A program made the translations under genes and the position numbers. From Raillietiella orientalis (Eukaryota), in the NCBI GenBank assembly GCA_036172245.1, contig JAYWIR010000161.1, positions 1 through 53,909 of the forward strand: 53,909 bases of DNA. The letters are read 5' to 3'. Within the stretch, counting starts at the first letter, position 1. Every line of letters starts with the position of its first letter. The notes under the pieces are model-generated. The model saw nothing but the letters and a program-made list of their open reading frames with translations, did no database searches and had not been told where the DNA came from. This document shows, piece by piece, positions 13,151-25,280 of this stretch.

Positions 13151-15933
13151 GGTCAGGGAAGGGATCACTGTTCGCTGAGAGGAGGTCCCATCCGTTGAAG
13201 GAAGCCCTCGAGGTCCATCCGTATATTCCCCAGTTGGGGCAATCCAGCAGCTCTCCGCAAGAAGTGTTTAACATATGGGATGACATCCCTTACGTGTTGA
13301 CCGACTCCTTCCTTGTTGGTGTCGCTCCATGCCGCCACGATGCTTCGGACGCAGCACAAAACTGCAAGGGCTGCGGCAGGCTGGAGGGCGTCCTTCACGA
13401 AGAGGGGCCGAAGAACGTCTCTAGGGGAACTGCCCGTAGGGAGACCGAGGATCGTCCCAAACCGTTCCCAACGGGGACGAAGGGCAGCACAGTCCACAAT
13501 AAGGTGGGAGAGCGATCCACGCTCTCCGCACCTGACACACGCAGGATCCACAACTCCTCTTGTCCAGTGAGAGCGGCGTGCGTTGCAGGGTAAACCCCAA
13601 TGCAACAAAAGAAACGCCGACTCTTTCCTCTTAAGGGGCCGGAACTTGGATTCCTTGATTATCGGGGTCCACTTCAGCACATCCATAGGGATGGCCAGCA
13701 GCTCGCCCCATCTTCTTAGTCCTCGCGGCTAAGCGCTCGGGGTCCTGGCGTCCGCTAGTTGACCCATGGTCCAGCCGCTGATTCTCTTCTCATGTCACTC
13801 GATGCAGCAGGAGACTTGCCACCTTGGCGTCCGACTGCTGTGAAGCGCCTTCCTCAGGAAGGGCAGCGCCGTAGCCAGGCAGGTTGTCTCTGCCCACGTG
13901 CTTCTAGCTGGATTCTCCAGGAGATTCCTCAGAGTGCATCGGGCGTAGGGGCTGCATCGGAGACGATTTCACGTTTCGTGGCTTTTCTGATTCACCACTG
14001 CCCACGTGTTGATGTTCTCCTCCAGCCAGGCGGGGGAGTTGGCGGGGCAGCAAACCATCCAGCTGTTCTCCTTGGCCAATGTTGCCATGCGCCCGAGCAG
14101 TAGGTTGCATCTTCGCACCTTCCGGCCACGGCTCGGAAGAAAAGAAGCGAGTCCATCGCACCGGGACACACAGCTGGCCAGGAGGCGGGCCGGAATGCAC
14201 CAAGGGGTGCTCCACTCTTCGCTGCGATGGCGAGGGTTCGCCACCGCAGCTGTTTCTACACGCGCTGCAGCGTCAGGAGGCCAATACCGCCGTCCCGACG
14301 AAGAGCGCGAAGGTCCTTCAAAGGGACTCGGGGCATTCCCTTGCCCCAAAGGGCGATGCGGAGGAGGTCTTTCGTCCTCTTCTCAACTACTTTTGGGGCG
14401 AGGCAAACAAAAAGCAAGGGGCGGAGGATGGTGGCCGCAAAGGCGGTCCAATCCGCGGCCCGTTCCGGCAAGGGGAACGGCCGATCGCCGTCTCGAATTT
14501 TTGGAGGCAGCTGGACCACGCTTTTGCAGGGGACAAGTCCCCCAACGCTCACATCAAGGTACTTGAAGCACCTCGCAGTGAGTATCCCCAAACGGACCCA
14601 GTCCTGGTGCCCTGCTCACGCCGCACCAACTGGCACCACCGATGACTTCGCCCTGTTCACCTGCAGTCCGGTCCCGCGGCTGAGCAGATCGAAGAAGTCT
14701 CCGACCACCTTTGCCGGGGTGGACATTGGCAACAAAAGCAGAAGATCGTCGGCGTACGCTGCTACGGCGGGCGTGCCGGGGCACGAGCTCGGCAATGGGG
14801 CCAAAGTCACCCTGTACGCTCTTAGCACCAACTCAAAGTAGGTGCTGAAGAGCAGGGGGCTGAGGCTATCTCCCTGCCTTATGCCCCGCCGCACTAGCAC
14901 GCCATACACCTTTTAACTACTGAAAAGTATCGAAATCATCGCCTTCCGCCAGCAAGAGCGCAGGAAGGAAATCAAGGAGGGTGGGAAGCCCATGCGAACC
15001 AGGAGCTCCAAGCGTAGTTCCTGATCCACACAGTCGAACGCCTTATGGAGATCGATTGCGAGCGCTAGGGCTTTCTTCCCCGCCCCGGGATCACTTTCCA
15101 GCTTCGCTGGCGGCCACAATGTGGGGTTGCCGATTTTTCCTTTCCCTTTCTTCTCTCTCCTCTGCAGGTGCATCCGTGTGCTTGCGAAGAAGAGGTTGGC
15201 GTCCATACTTCGCCCGGGAACAGCATAGGTCTGCTCCGGGCTAATTATCGACTCTGCCACCTGCCCCAAACGCGAATTCCATAGTTCTGCTAGCAACTTG
15301 GAGTTCGTTTTCACGATCGTGATCGTACGCAAGTTGTTCAGTTTCCTGAGGTCTTCCCCTTTCGGGAGGAGCGTCACTCTGGCCGACCGAAACGAGGCGG
15401 GAACATAGCCTCCGTCTCGGATCAGCCTTGTGAACACGAGCACCAGGGGGGCCAGCTCTTCCGCGAAGCTCTGAAAGAACTCCGCGGGCAAGCTGTCCTT
15501 TCCTGGCTCGATGGTTGCGAGGACCCTCGTCAAATCCGGAGAGCAGGCGCTTTAGGGGGAACTGCTCGCAGAACTCGCGGACCGATTTCTTAGAAAGGTC
15601 CCAGTTTTGGAGATTCCCAGGTGTTCGCGAAGGTGTACCTTTGCACCTGAGAGTCGCGTGCAGTCTTCGGGGAGACTTCAGTACCTGCAGGGCGGTGCCT
15701 TGTCGTGAGGCCGCATCTCGAACATTAGCCGGCAATGGTCCGACAGCGTCGAGGCAATCTTCACCGTTTGCCGACCCGTGAACACAGGTCAGCGTCGAGG
15801 AAGACGTGGTCGATGCGGCGGATTATTCCCCTCTCACCCGCGAACAAGTTGCGCGCACGCATGGCGGCGCACAACTTGTTCATCGCGTTCTCTTGTGTTT
15901 TAGGCTCACCTGTTAGCAGGCGGAGATTGAAAT
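13151..15933 (-). mobile_element. LINE ORF2 from mid-endonuclease to stop, with an internal EN-RT linker deletion near 15510
   Basis: RRIDHVFLD; ORFs 14913..15533, 14616..14909 (AYADD) and 13165..13686 (CVRC..HLIVDC). Confidence 0.9.
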
Positions 15934-18048
15934 TTATCAGCCGGTCATGCCGCGGCGTTTATTAATAATAATAAACTGGTCAGGGACAATGTCTCCAACC
16001 AACAGAAGGACAGAGAACATAGAAAAATTACTCACACGCAGGTCTGGTAAAGAAACCGCTTGCAGCGTGGGAGGAATGAGGGGAAACAAACAAAAATGAA
16101 AAACTGGAGGGAAGGGTAACGTTTTTTTGGAAGGCTCCGTACTCACGGTTAATTATACGATGAGCACCTGAACTGTTCCGGAGCCTATGGAAACGCGGGT
16201 GTAAAAAGAAAATACAAAATTAGTTTATAGAGGGTAGGGCGATGATCACCGGGTTGGGCGCTGCTGAGCGTGTGTATAAAGGCGGTGTATTGCGGCGAGA
16301 TTCCTTTTTGCTCCCATGTAGAAGGATGCTTTGTTGATTACCTCTTGGTTCTGTCCGTTGATTACCAACGCCTGGCGGACGGAAACTATCGCGCGTATGC
16401 AACCGATGGTTGCAATCCTTGCGCTTATTGACAGCCCGCTCGGCGTGAAGAATCGTCGCAGCAAGTCTCTTGCGGTGTCCACGCGATGCACTAGTGCTGT
16501 TGCCAGCCTACGTCACAGTCCTTGTAGGAAACCGCAGTCCAGAAGTAGGTGCGGAATCGACTCCGTCGATCCGCACCGAACGCAGTTCGCAGACGCGAGT
16601 CCCCTGGAGTCACGATGCCAACGCTCTTTGCACTGAAAACCCCAGTGAAAAAAAAGCAGCACGTCTTGTTTCCAAGCAAGGAAGAGCAGCGAACTGTCAA
16701 TACACTGTTGAGGGACTACAAGTTCTTCGGGGGTTACAGCGAGTTCTTCTGCCCACCGGAGGAGTCCCTTTGCTGGAGTGGCGGCGTCCGCCAACTCTCT
16801 CGTCTTGCAGGCGCCACGGAGTTTGGTTTTTCCCGCTATCGTGCAGAAAAACTCCCACCACGCCGGTTGGTAACTGTCGTTTCTTGCACTGAGGGCAGAC
16901 AGCGCTGCGGCAAGAGGCGTGGCAGCCAGGGTAGAAAACTTCACCTCGTCCTGCAGTACTTCCTCCAAGCATCGTGGAAAAAATTGGTGCAAGGGGCGAA
17001 GATCTTCAGGGCGTATTCCTTGGAACGCCGCCCAGGATTCAACAGACTCCTGCCGCCAAGCTTCAAAGTTTATTGGGCGGCAGGAGATCCACGACTGAGC
17101 TTCCAGAAGTGCGGTCAACTGCCGCAATGGAAACCCGAATCCCCGCTTCCTGTATTGAGTTCCCGGCAAAAGCGAGAGAAATCCTCCGCTAACGGCGCAG
17201 CTCCGCAGGAGAATGCGAGCTGGCACACACAGGGGAGATATCAATAGCTGAACACACAGTGCCAGCAGTCGGAAGTGCACCTGCAGTCCGATTCGCCCCA
17301 TTGTCAGGATACCCAAACCAGCATCCCGATGCGGAGCTAACAAATCTTTAAGGCGGATCCTGGATCTCGCCGGACCCCAGAGAGCGTTCCTGAGCAGGCG
17401 TTTAGCCCGCTGTTTCGCCGCATAGGGAAGGTTCAAAACAAAAAACAGGGGACGGAGGAGGGGGGCCACAAAGGTGTTCCAAATAGTCGCCCGTTCCTGC
17501 AAGGTAAACTTGCCGTTAAAGAACGGGCTGATGGCCAACTCTGCTTTCTGAGGACAGTCCGCCTACGCTTTAGCTGCGCCGAAAGCGCCCAACTAAACGC
17601 CAAGGTACTTAAAGTACACGCCCGTGGGGATCCCCAGGTGGATCCAGTCGGACTGCCCCTCCCACGACGTACCCACAGGAACGACCACGCTCTTCTCTCT
17701 GTTCACGCTCACGCCCGCTCCCCGACGAATCAGGTCGAAGAAATCCTCGACACTGGACGCCGCGTTGGACCTGGGGAGCAGAAGAAGCAGGTCATCAGCG
17801 TAGGCGGCAGCGTTAGGCGTTCCCGGGCAGGAGCTTGGCAAGTGAGACAGCGTCAGCCTGTATGATCTTAGCACCAACTCAAAGAAGATGCTGAAGAGCA
17901 AGGGGCTTAAGCTGTCGCCCTGTCGGATGCCCCCACGAACGGGAATACCATACACGCGCAGCCGCTGAAAGTGATGCAGGTTCGCGCGTGGCTCCAGCAC
18001 GCGCGCAAATACAGCAGGAGTTGCGCCGGGAACCCAAGGCGTTCCATA
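15934..18048 (-). mobile_element. 5'-truncated LINE; duplicate of 5221-7402
   Basis: ORFs 17593..18288 (RT part) and 16513..17538; same 3' junction into an EN fragment as at 5221. Confidence 0.9.
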
Positions 18049-18410
18049 AGTAGAAAGGTTTACGTCGGCTAGAGCGGACGTGTTTCCTCGGTGCTCCTCC
18101 TGCCGGGAACCGTCCCTAGGTGTAGGCTTCGTTTGTGCTGGTGGTCGGTCAGGCAGCAATGCCTGACGCGACCACCAGTACGTGTCAGGGGGCGGTAGCA
18201 ACGTCGCCTCCTGAAGAAATGGAGTGCCAGGTGGCGGCGGCAACGTCGCCTGTATTGAAGGTGGAGTGCCAGGTGGCGGCGGCAACATCGCCTTCAGTGG
18301 CGAAGGAGGTGGGGCGTCCGCCTACACAAAACCGGTCTCCGCTGCAGCGCGAGCGTGGAGCGCCGTCGTGTCGGCGCCATCGCCTGCAGCCGCGGCGGAA
18401 TTATCTGCCT
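18049..18410 (+). pseudogene. LINE 5' end and ORF1 start; duplicate of 7403-7722
   Basis: 5' motif at 18076; ARAWSAVVSAPSPAAAAELSA identical to the ORF1 at 7614. Confidence 0.85.
18190..18312 (+). repeat. ~42-bp coding minisatellite (about 3 copies) in the ORF1 N-terminus
   Basis: GGCGGCGGCAACGTCGCC..TGGAGTGCCAGGT units; about 2 related units at 7542-7625. Confidence 0.75.
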
Positions 18411-19537
18411 TAGGGACTTGCGACGGCGCTCGTGAGAGGGTGGACGTGCTTTTGTGGTGCTCCGCGTTTTTCTCGAGAGTGTTTTCGGGGTTTTCAGGTT
18501 TGAGGGGTTGTTCCTGGGCACGGATGCCTGAGGACGCCGCAAAGACAACGGAGGGGGGCGAGCGAGCCTCGTCCCCCCAGCCCATGGATGTGGGGGCCAT
18601 CAACCCCACGGAATCGTCCCCCGCCCCAGCGAGGGCTTGGAGCGCGGTGGTGGCGGCGCCTGCGCCGCCCCCTGCAGAGAAACAGAGGGCCTATATGGCC
18701 GACGGCTACAACCCGGCCCTCCTGTACAAGGTAGGTGGCCTGTACTCCCCGCGGTTTTGCGGTCCTTCTCGGCCGAATTTAAGAAATTGAAAGTCCCGGA
18801 GGACGAAGTCCGCGGGCTTTCCGTGCGAAGTGGCGGGCAGCTGGTTGAGCTGAACTGCAAGTCTGCAGGGATGGCTCAGCAGCTGCTCCGCCTACCGATG
18901 ACCGTGAACGGTTGAAGAATCTTCCCGTTCACGGCGGACAACTCCATCGTTGTCCACCTCACCGGTATTACCATGAGAATGGCTAAGACCGCCGTTCGCG
19001 AGAGTTTGGAAAAGTTCGGGACGGTCCACGCGTTGTGAGCAAAACCCAATGTCCTGGGTTACACCAGGGAATTCAGTGATTACGCCGCTGCCCGCGTGAC
19101 CGTCCGAGCCGAGGGTGGGCTACCCCACAGACTGCAGGTCGGGGAGGAGGAGATCGACCTGTGGTATGTGGAGAAACTCGTTTACTGGGGCTTTTGCCAG
19201 CTGTCGGGGCATTTTAAGAAGAAATGCCGTAACATCGTGTGCTTGGGCTGTGGGGAGAAGGGGCACATCCGGCGGATGTGCCCGAACCGAAAAAGGTCCG
19301 TTCCGTCAGGCGCGAGAAAGGATGAGACGCCGAAGGAAAAGGACCGAAGCCAACAACTGGCAGAACCCCGCCCTGCCGACCAACCCGCTGCTCAGCCATC
19401 CTCCAGCGAACAACCAGCTGGAGAAAGCGCCGAGAACGAGGAAGGTTGGCAAAAGGTAGAAAGGAAGAAGCCCCAGAAGAAGGAGGCAAAAAAGATAAAC
19501 AAGTCGGCGCCGAAAAAGCAGAAACCGGTCGTCCGCG
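18411..19537 (+). pseudogene. LINE 5' end and decayed ORF1
   Basis: 5' motif at 18442; RAWSAVVAAP, YNPALLYKVG, CLGCGEKGHIRRMC. Confidence 0.88.
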
Positions 19538-21130
19538 TTTTCACCCGGATATGCCGGGGCATTTATTCAAAAGAATAAAATCACAAGTGATTGTCGCGTG
19601 TTGAACCCAAAGGTCCACCACTTCAAAACAGCTTGGTATTTACCGGCGCTATGCCGGAGAGGTCCATCCGATGCGCGGGGGTTAAGAAAGAAAAAACAAA
19701 AAACAAACAAATAGTGGAAGTATGGGAGGGGACAAATGTTTCGGGAATTGGAGGGCAGGGAGGGAATCACCGTGCGCGTGGATAGGTCCTATAGATCCTA
19801 TTCAGGATCCGTACAAGCTTAGACCTTTCTGCGCCCAAGTGGCGCCACTTGCAGACGTCTCGGACGAATAGGCGAGTGAACCGTAAGGCGTTGCCGGTTG
19901 GCTGAAGTCTTCTTCTGGTGGCGTTCCAAGCCGCCACGTTCCCTCGAATGCAGCAGAGGACTGCTACAGAAGCGGGGGGGACAAGGCGTCACTACGGAAG
20001 AGGAGCCTAAAAACGTCCTTAAGGCCGCATCCGCGCAAGTCCAGGATCGCCAAAAGGCGATCCCATAGAGGGCGGATGGCACTGCACTCGATGAGAAGGT
20101 GGGGAAAGGTCTCTTTTTCCCCGCACCGGTCACAATAAGGATCCACAGCCCCCCGGGTTGTGTGATGAAGGCGTGCTTTGAATGGAAGTCCCCAGAGAAC
20201 CACAAGCAAGGCCACATCCTGCCATTTCAGGGGGAGGGATCCACTGTTCCAGGACGCCGGGGGTCACTTCATCTCCTCCGGAGATAGTCCGAGTAGCTCG
20301 CCCCAGCGTCAAATTCCGTTGGGCGGGACTCTCGGCGTCGCAGCGTCCGCTAGCTGCCGAGATGTCCACGCTATAATCGTTTGTGTCCTGCCTCCAATGG
20401 TGCAGGACACGTTCCATTTCCCAAGCTCCCTACTGTCCCTGGCGTCGATGAGGAAGGGCAGCACTGGGGCAAGGTCGTTATCAAAGCCCACATGCGCTTT
20501 TCGTGGGACTGCACAATCTCCTGCAGTTTCCAGCGGGCGTGCCCTTGCAGGCAAGTGTTTCTTGTGCCCGCCGAAACGTGCATCTTTACCCAGGTGGACA
20601 CTGTCTCGTGCAGCCATGCAGAGTAGTTCCCTGGGCGGCAGGAGATCCAGGCGTTCTCCCGTACCGCAACTTCCATGCGACGCAGGATTAAGCAGCCGTG
20701 TGCTTCTCTGCGCTCGCGTGCCAGCAGAAACGACAAAAGTCCGTCGAATCCGCAGGCTCGTTGGGCCAGGAGGCGTGCTGGAACGCACCAAGGCGTGTCC
20801 CACAATTCCGCCGCAAGGGCGAGAGTCCTGAATCTGAGTTGTAGTTCAATGCGCTCCAGCGTAAGAACGCCAAGTCCTCCGTCCTTACGTGGAGCGCACA
20901 AGTCTTTGAGCCTCACACGGGACCTCCCTTTGCCCCAAAGGACTGTTTTCAGGAGGCCCGCTGCTCGTTTACAGATGAAGTAAGGGGCGGGGCACACAAA
21001 AAGTAGGGGGCGAAGAAGGGGGGCCGCAAACGCGTTCCACACCGCGGCCCGTCCCTGCAAGTAGAGCTTGCTTTCTTGGAACGGACCGCTCGCCAACGCT
21101 GCCTTTTGGAGACGGTCGAACCAGGCTTGT
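19538..21130 (-). mobile_element. 5'-truncated LINE (post-RT region to 3' terminus)
   Basis: ORFs 20371..21096 and 19964..20215 (CDRCGEKETFPHLLIEC); terminal motif at 19538-19567. Confidence 0.88.
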
Positions 21131-21298
21131 GCAACCCGTTGCTAGGGATGCTCAAGGGAACCCCGCGCTTCCCTCTGACCAAGAAGATCATGCAGAGGAT
21201 AGAACGAACTCGGCGGGAGCCTTTGCCGTCGTGGTCGATTTGCAAAAAGCATTCGACTGCGTCGACCAGGATCTCCTTCTGGATCTCCTGGAACGTCG
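21131..21298 (+). pseudogene. Short RT fragment, head-to-head with the preceding element
   Basis: AFAVVVDLQKAFDCVDQDLLLDLLER (ORF 21129..21332). Confidence 0.85.
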
Positions 21299-21765
21299 AG
21301 AATTCCGTCACTCTGTCCGCACCTACCGGTAAGGAGGTGGAGAAGGCAGACGTGGCGAAGGAGACACTGTCCTCCATCCCCGTATCCGAGGCCTTGGAAA
21401 AAATGCGAAGGACGCTGGAAGCCCTCGCGCCCAACCGAGGCAAAGAGGAAGACGGCGAGGATGGCTGGACCTTTGTTGGGGGAAGGAAGAAGGAGCACAA
21501 ACGGCGCGATCCTTCCCACTTTCCGATCAAAAAGGTAGGCGAGGTGAAGAGGCAACCCCGCGCGCCCAGAAAGGCGCAGGGAAAAGCCTCTGCTGCCGCC
21601 GCGCGCGCCGCCGCAAACACCCGCGGCGAGAGGGGAGCCGCCGAAGCCGTGACCCCGAAAAGGGGGATCGGCGACGAAGCCACCCTCTTAGAGTGCTGGA
21701 CCAGCTCCGAATTGCCAGCAAAAAAAGAGGCAGGCGAAACGCCCGCCGCGCACGCGCAATTCGGT
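21299..21765 (+). pseudogene. Probable ORF1 C-terminal low-complexity fragment
   Basis: DGEDGWTFVGGRKK resembles EWKVVERRK and DGFIQVGKRGK in other ORF1 tails; K/R/A-rich. Confidence 0.55.
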
Positions 21766-24168
21766 CTCCGAGGTGGAGTCCGAGGGCCATTTAAGAAAGT
21801 GGCGTCCCATCACCTTGGTGAATGCGGACGTCAAGTTGTTCTCCAGGCTCTGGGACGCGCGCCTAGGCAGGATCGCTAAATCCGTGGTAAGCATGCAGTA
21901 GTCTTACGCTGTTCCCGGGCGGTCCATTGAGGCGAACCTTTTCTTCGCGAGCACGTGGCTCGAGCTGCAACGTCGCGTGGCGCACGACAGCCAGGCAACC
22001 GCATCTGCGGCTGCCAGAAATAGGCGTTGCTGCATTCGGCCTGAGGAAGCGCCGAGTGCCTTGGCGGTCGCGGTCGATCTCCGCAAGGCGTTCGATTGCG
22101 TAAATCAGGATCTCCTGCTAAAGCTCCTGGAACGCCTCGGTCTCCCGGTGCACCTCGTGGCGTATTTGCGCGCTTGCTGGCGCCACGCGCTCATTCCCAT
22201 CTCTTTCAGCGGCTGCCACGTGTACGGCGTGCCGGTGCGGCGGGGCATCAGGCAGGGCGACAGCTTAAGCCCGTTGGTCTCCAGCATCTTCTTTGAGTTG
22301 GTGCTGAAGGCGTACACGCTGACGCTGGCCAACCTGCCGAGCCTTTGTCCAGGAACGCCGTCGGTGGCGACCTATGATGACGACCTGCTTCTCCTCTTAC
22401 CCATGACCACCCCGGCGTCCAGTATCGAGGATTCCTTCTAGCTGATCCGCCGGTGAGCGGGCATGAGCGTAAACAGGATCAAGAGCGTGGTCATACCCAT
22501 TAGTGCGGAGTGAGAGGGGCAGTCCGACTTGATCCTCCTAAGGATCCCGACCGCTTCGTCCACCCATTATCTGGGCGTTCCGCTGGCGAACATCAGCCCA
22601 GTGGAAGTGGATCGGACTGCCTTCGGAAGGCTACGAGTGCGCTGAGCCCGCTCCAGCATGACAGGTTCCTCCTGTCGGAGCGGGCCGCTATATGGAACAC
22701 CTTCGTTGCCCCCCTCTTGCGCCCCCTGTTTTTTGTTTGCCCGCCCCCCTACATGCCGAAGCTCCAGGCGCACAGCCTGTTGAGTAACGCTCTGTGGGGT
22801 CCTGCGAGGTCCAGGATCCGCCTGAAAGACTTGGCGGTTCCGCGTCGGGATGCTGGCTTAGGCATCCTGACGCTGGCGAGAATCGAGCTGCAGGTGCAGC
22901 TTCGAATGTTGGCCCTGAGTGCCAACCTTTGGTCCACTTCGTGGTGCGCTCCTGCGCGCCTCTACCTGCGGCGATGCACTGGCAGCGACGGACTTCTGTC
23001 GCTGCGTCCGCACACGAAGAAGCAAACGACAAGTTTCGGTTTCCCCTTGAAACCCCTTTACCGGCTCCTGGCTGCCCATGAATGGATCTCCTGCCGCCCA
23101 ACGAACATCCAAGCCTGGCGGCTGGAACCGTGGGGGCTGGGCAAAGCACCAGGATGTTTCCCTCCTGGAACTCCGTTGCGTTCACCTCTCCTTGTACTGC
23201 ACGGTTGATGAATTCTGCAGCAGCCAGGAGAAGCCGACCGGCCTGGCCCTCACCCCCCTCGCCGACGGACTGTCAGCCCTCAGGGGAAGAGATGACAGCT
23301 GCTAACCGGCGAGATGGGAGGTCGGCTGCACCATTGCAGGAACCACACGACCTATTGGAGGCTGGAGGACTTGCGAGCTGGCAGACGCCGTCACGCCTCG
23401 CCACATCTCGAAGGGACTGCTTCGGTGGAGTGAACACTTGAGTGTGCGTCCCGAAGAACTTGTGGTCCCTTCCTCCTGTTTGAACACTTCTGTGTTCCCC
23501 CTTTCGTGGAAGCAGGACGTCATCATGCTGGTGCATTGGGGTTTTCACACCTACCAGCGAACGAACTGTGTTTCCAGGGGAGTTGTCTCCCCAAACTGTA
23601 AGCGGTGCGGGGAAGTGGAAACGCTTCCGCACCTGCTTTTGGACTGCGGTGCCCTCCAAGGACTTTGGCGTAATCTGGATTCATCTCTCCTGCAACAGGG
23701 GGACGCCGCGAGGGACTTGATGCGCCCCTTCTTCACGCCAGGCGGCCTGTCTTTGGGTGCTGTCGTTGCAACCGTGTGTTGCACCCGCGCCATCGACAAG
23801 GCCCACCGAGAGTTGGAGAAGCTGGCCATCGTTCGTCAGCTCACCGGATTAGCCAGCGCAAGCATGTCGTCGGCTGCCGAGTGGGCCCATCTTCCACAGG
23901 ACGTAAGGAGAGAGATCGCCGGCATCCATCGCCATGTTTCAAAAGGAAGGAACGGACTCACCAAAGACCCCTGTCTCCTGCCCTCCATGTTTTTATTTTT
24001 ATTTTTTATAGTAGTGTATTTGTGGTCCCCTCTCTCCCGTTCCAGACTTTCAGGAAACCGACCTGCGTGTCCGGGATCCCACCCCCTTCGTATCTTGTTT
24101 TCCCCTTTGTCCTGGAACTCTGCTCCTTGATAGTTTGTAATAAACGCCTTGGAGCACCCGGGTGATAA
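21766..24168 (+). mobile_element. 5'-truncated LINE (RT to 3' terminus)
   Basis: ORFs 21977..22441 (DLRKAFDCV, TYDDD), 22510..23208 and 23438..24130 (CKRC..HLLLDC); terminal motif at 24139-24168. Confidence 0.9.
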
Positions 24169-24212
24169 ATAGCCGCCTTCCGGAGATCCGTTCGATCTCT
24201 TGCGCTTGCAAA

Positions 24213-25280
24213 GTGCAGACGTGTTTTCGCGTCTCTCCGGGTCCTCGATCGAGCATCTTTGTGCGTGAGTTTTCGCTCGCACTTGTAAGTTTCTTTGAAG
24301 TGGACGAAGCAGCGTTGTGCAGCATGGCCACTTGTGGGAATAATGTGGAGGAGACAGTTGTTGAATCCAATTCAATTGGAATCGAAGCGGTCGCATCCTT
24401 CTTGACGGTTTTCTCGCCTTCGGTGAGGAGCTATGCTGCCGTCACCTCCCAGGGAACAGGACCCTGCGATGCAGAGTTGCAGGCTTATGTGGCATCCGGC
24501 TGCATGCTTGCACTCCGTTTTAATGTCAGTGGGCCCCTTAACGGGAGGACCGGGCGTGAGCTCAACGATGAGATCGTCCGGATCGGCGTTCGGAAGGAGG
24601 AGCTCCTTGCCATCATGCCTGCGGGCAGGAGGGAATACACCAAGATACTGTGCAAAAACGCGGCACTTGTGCAGCGTCTTATCCGTACTCCGTTGTTAAC
24701 CGGTGGCAAGGAAGTCCTGCCTTCCGTGATGGACGACTCGTTTGTCGTCCAATTTTGCGACATCGAGCCGGAATCTCCGACCGCGATGTCGTAAGTGTGC
24801 AGGCAAAGTTCGCCACCGTGCATGCTCTGTCCACTTTGGACAAGCCTTTGCGCAGATCACCGTCGCGAAGAGGCGTATTGTGCCAGCGCTGCTGCAGGTT
24901 AACGGCACGTTCGTTCACCTGTGGTTCCTAGGACAGACTAGCGCGTGCGAGCCAGGCGGCAAGGAGGGACACCGAATGAAGGAATGTCCCTCCCCGAAAT
25001 GCCGCTATTGCAAAGAAACCGGGCACACAATAAAAAATTTCCCGGTCCTTGCAAAGAAAGGGCAGCAGCGGAAGTTCGTCGCGTTCAAGAGTCCAACGCA
25101 CGAAAGGCCGCTGCCCCCAGGAAAAAGCAGTGTCCGCGGAATCTTGGCAAAAGAGCGAAGCAATACGCGGAAATACAAAAGGCGTCCCCGCCCGAAACGC
25201 CCCAAATGGGAGAAATAGCGGCGGGGAAGCCAATTGAAAAGGGGCGTTAGGGTTCGACGCGTACCCTGCCCGACCTCGCT
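24213..25280 (+). pseudogene. LINE 5' end and ORF1 (divergent subfamily); probable left half of an element split by the 25.3-31.1 kb insertion
   Basis: 5' motif AGACGTGTTTTCGCGTCTCTCC at 24217; RSYAAVTS, GKEGHRMKEC, CRYCKETGHTIKN. Confidence 0.85.
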
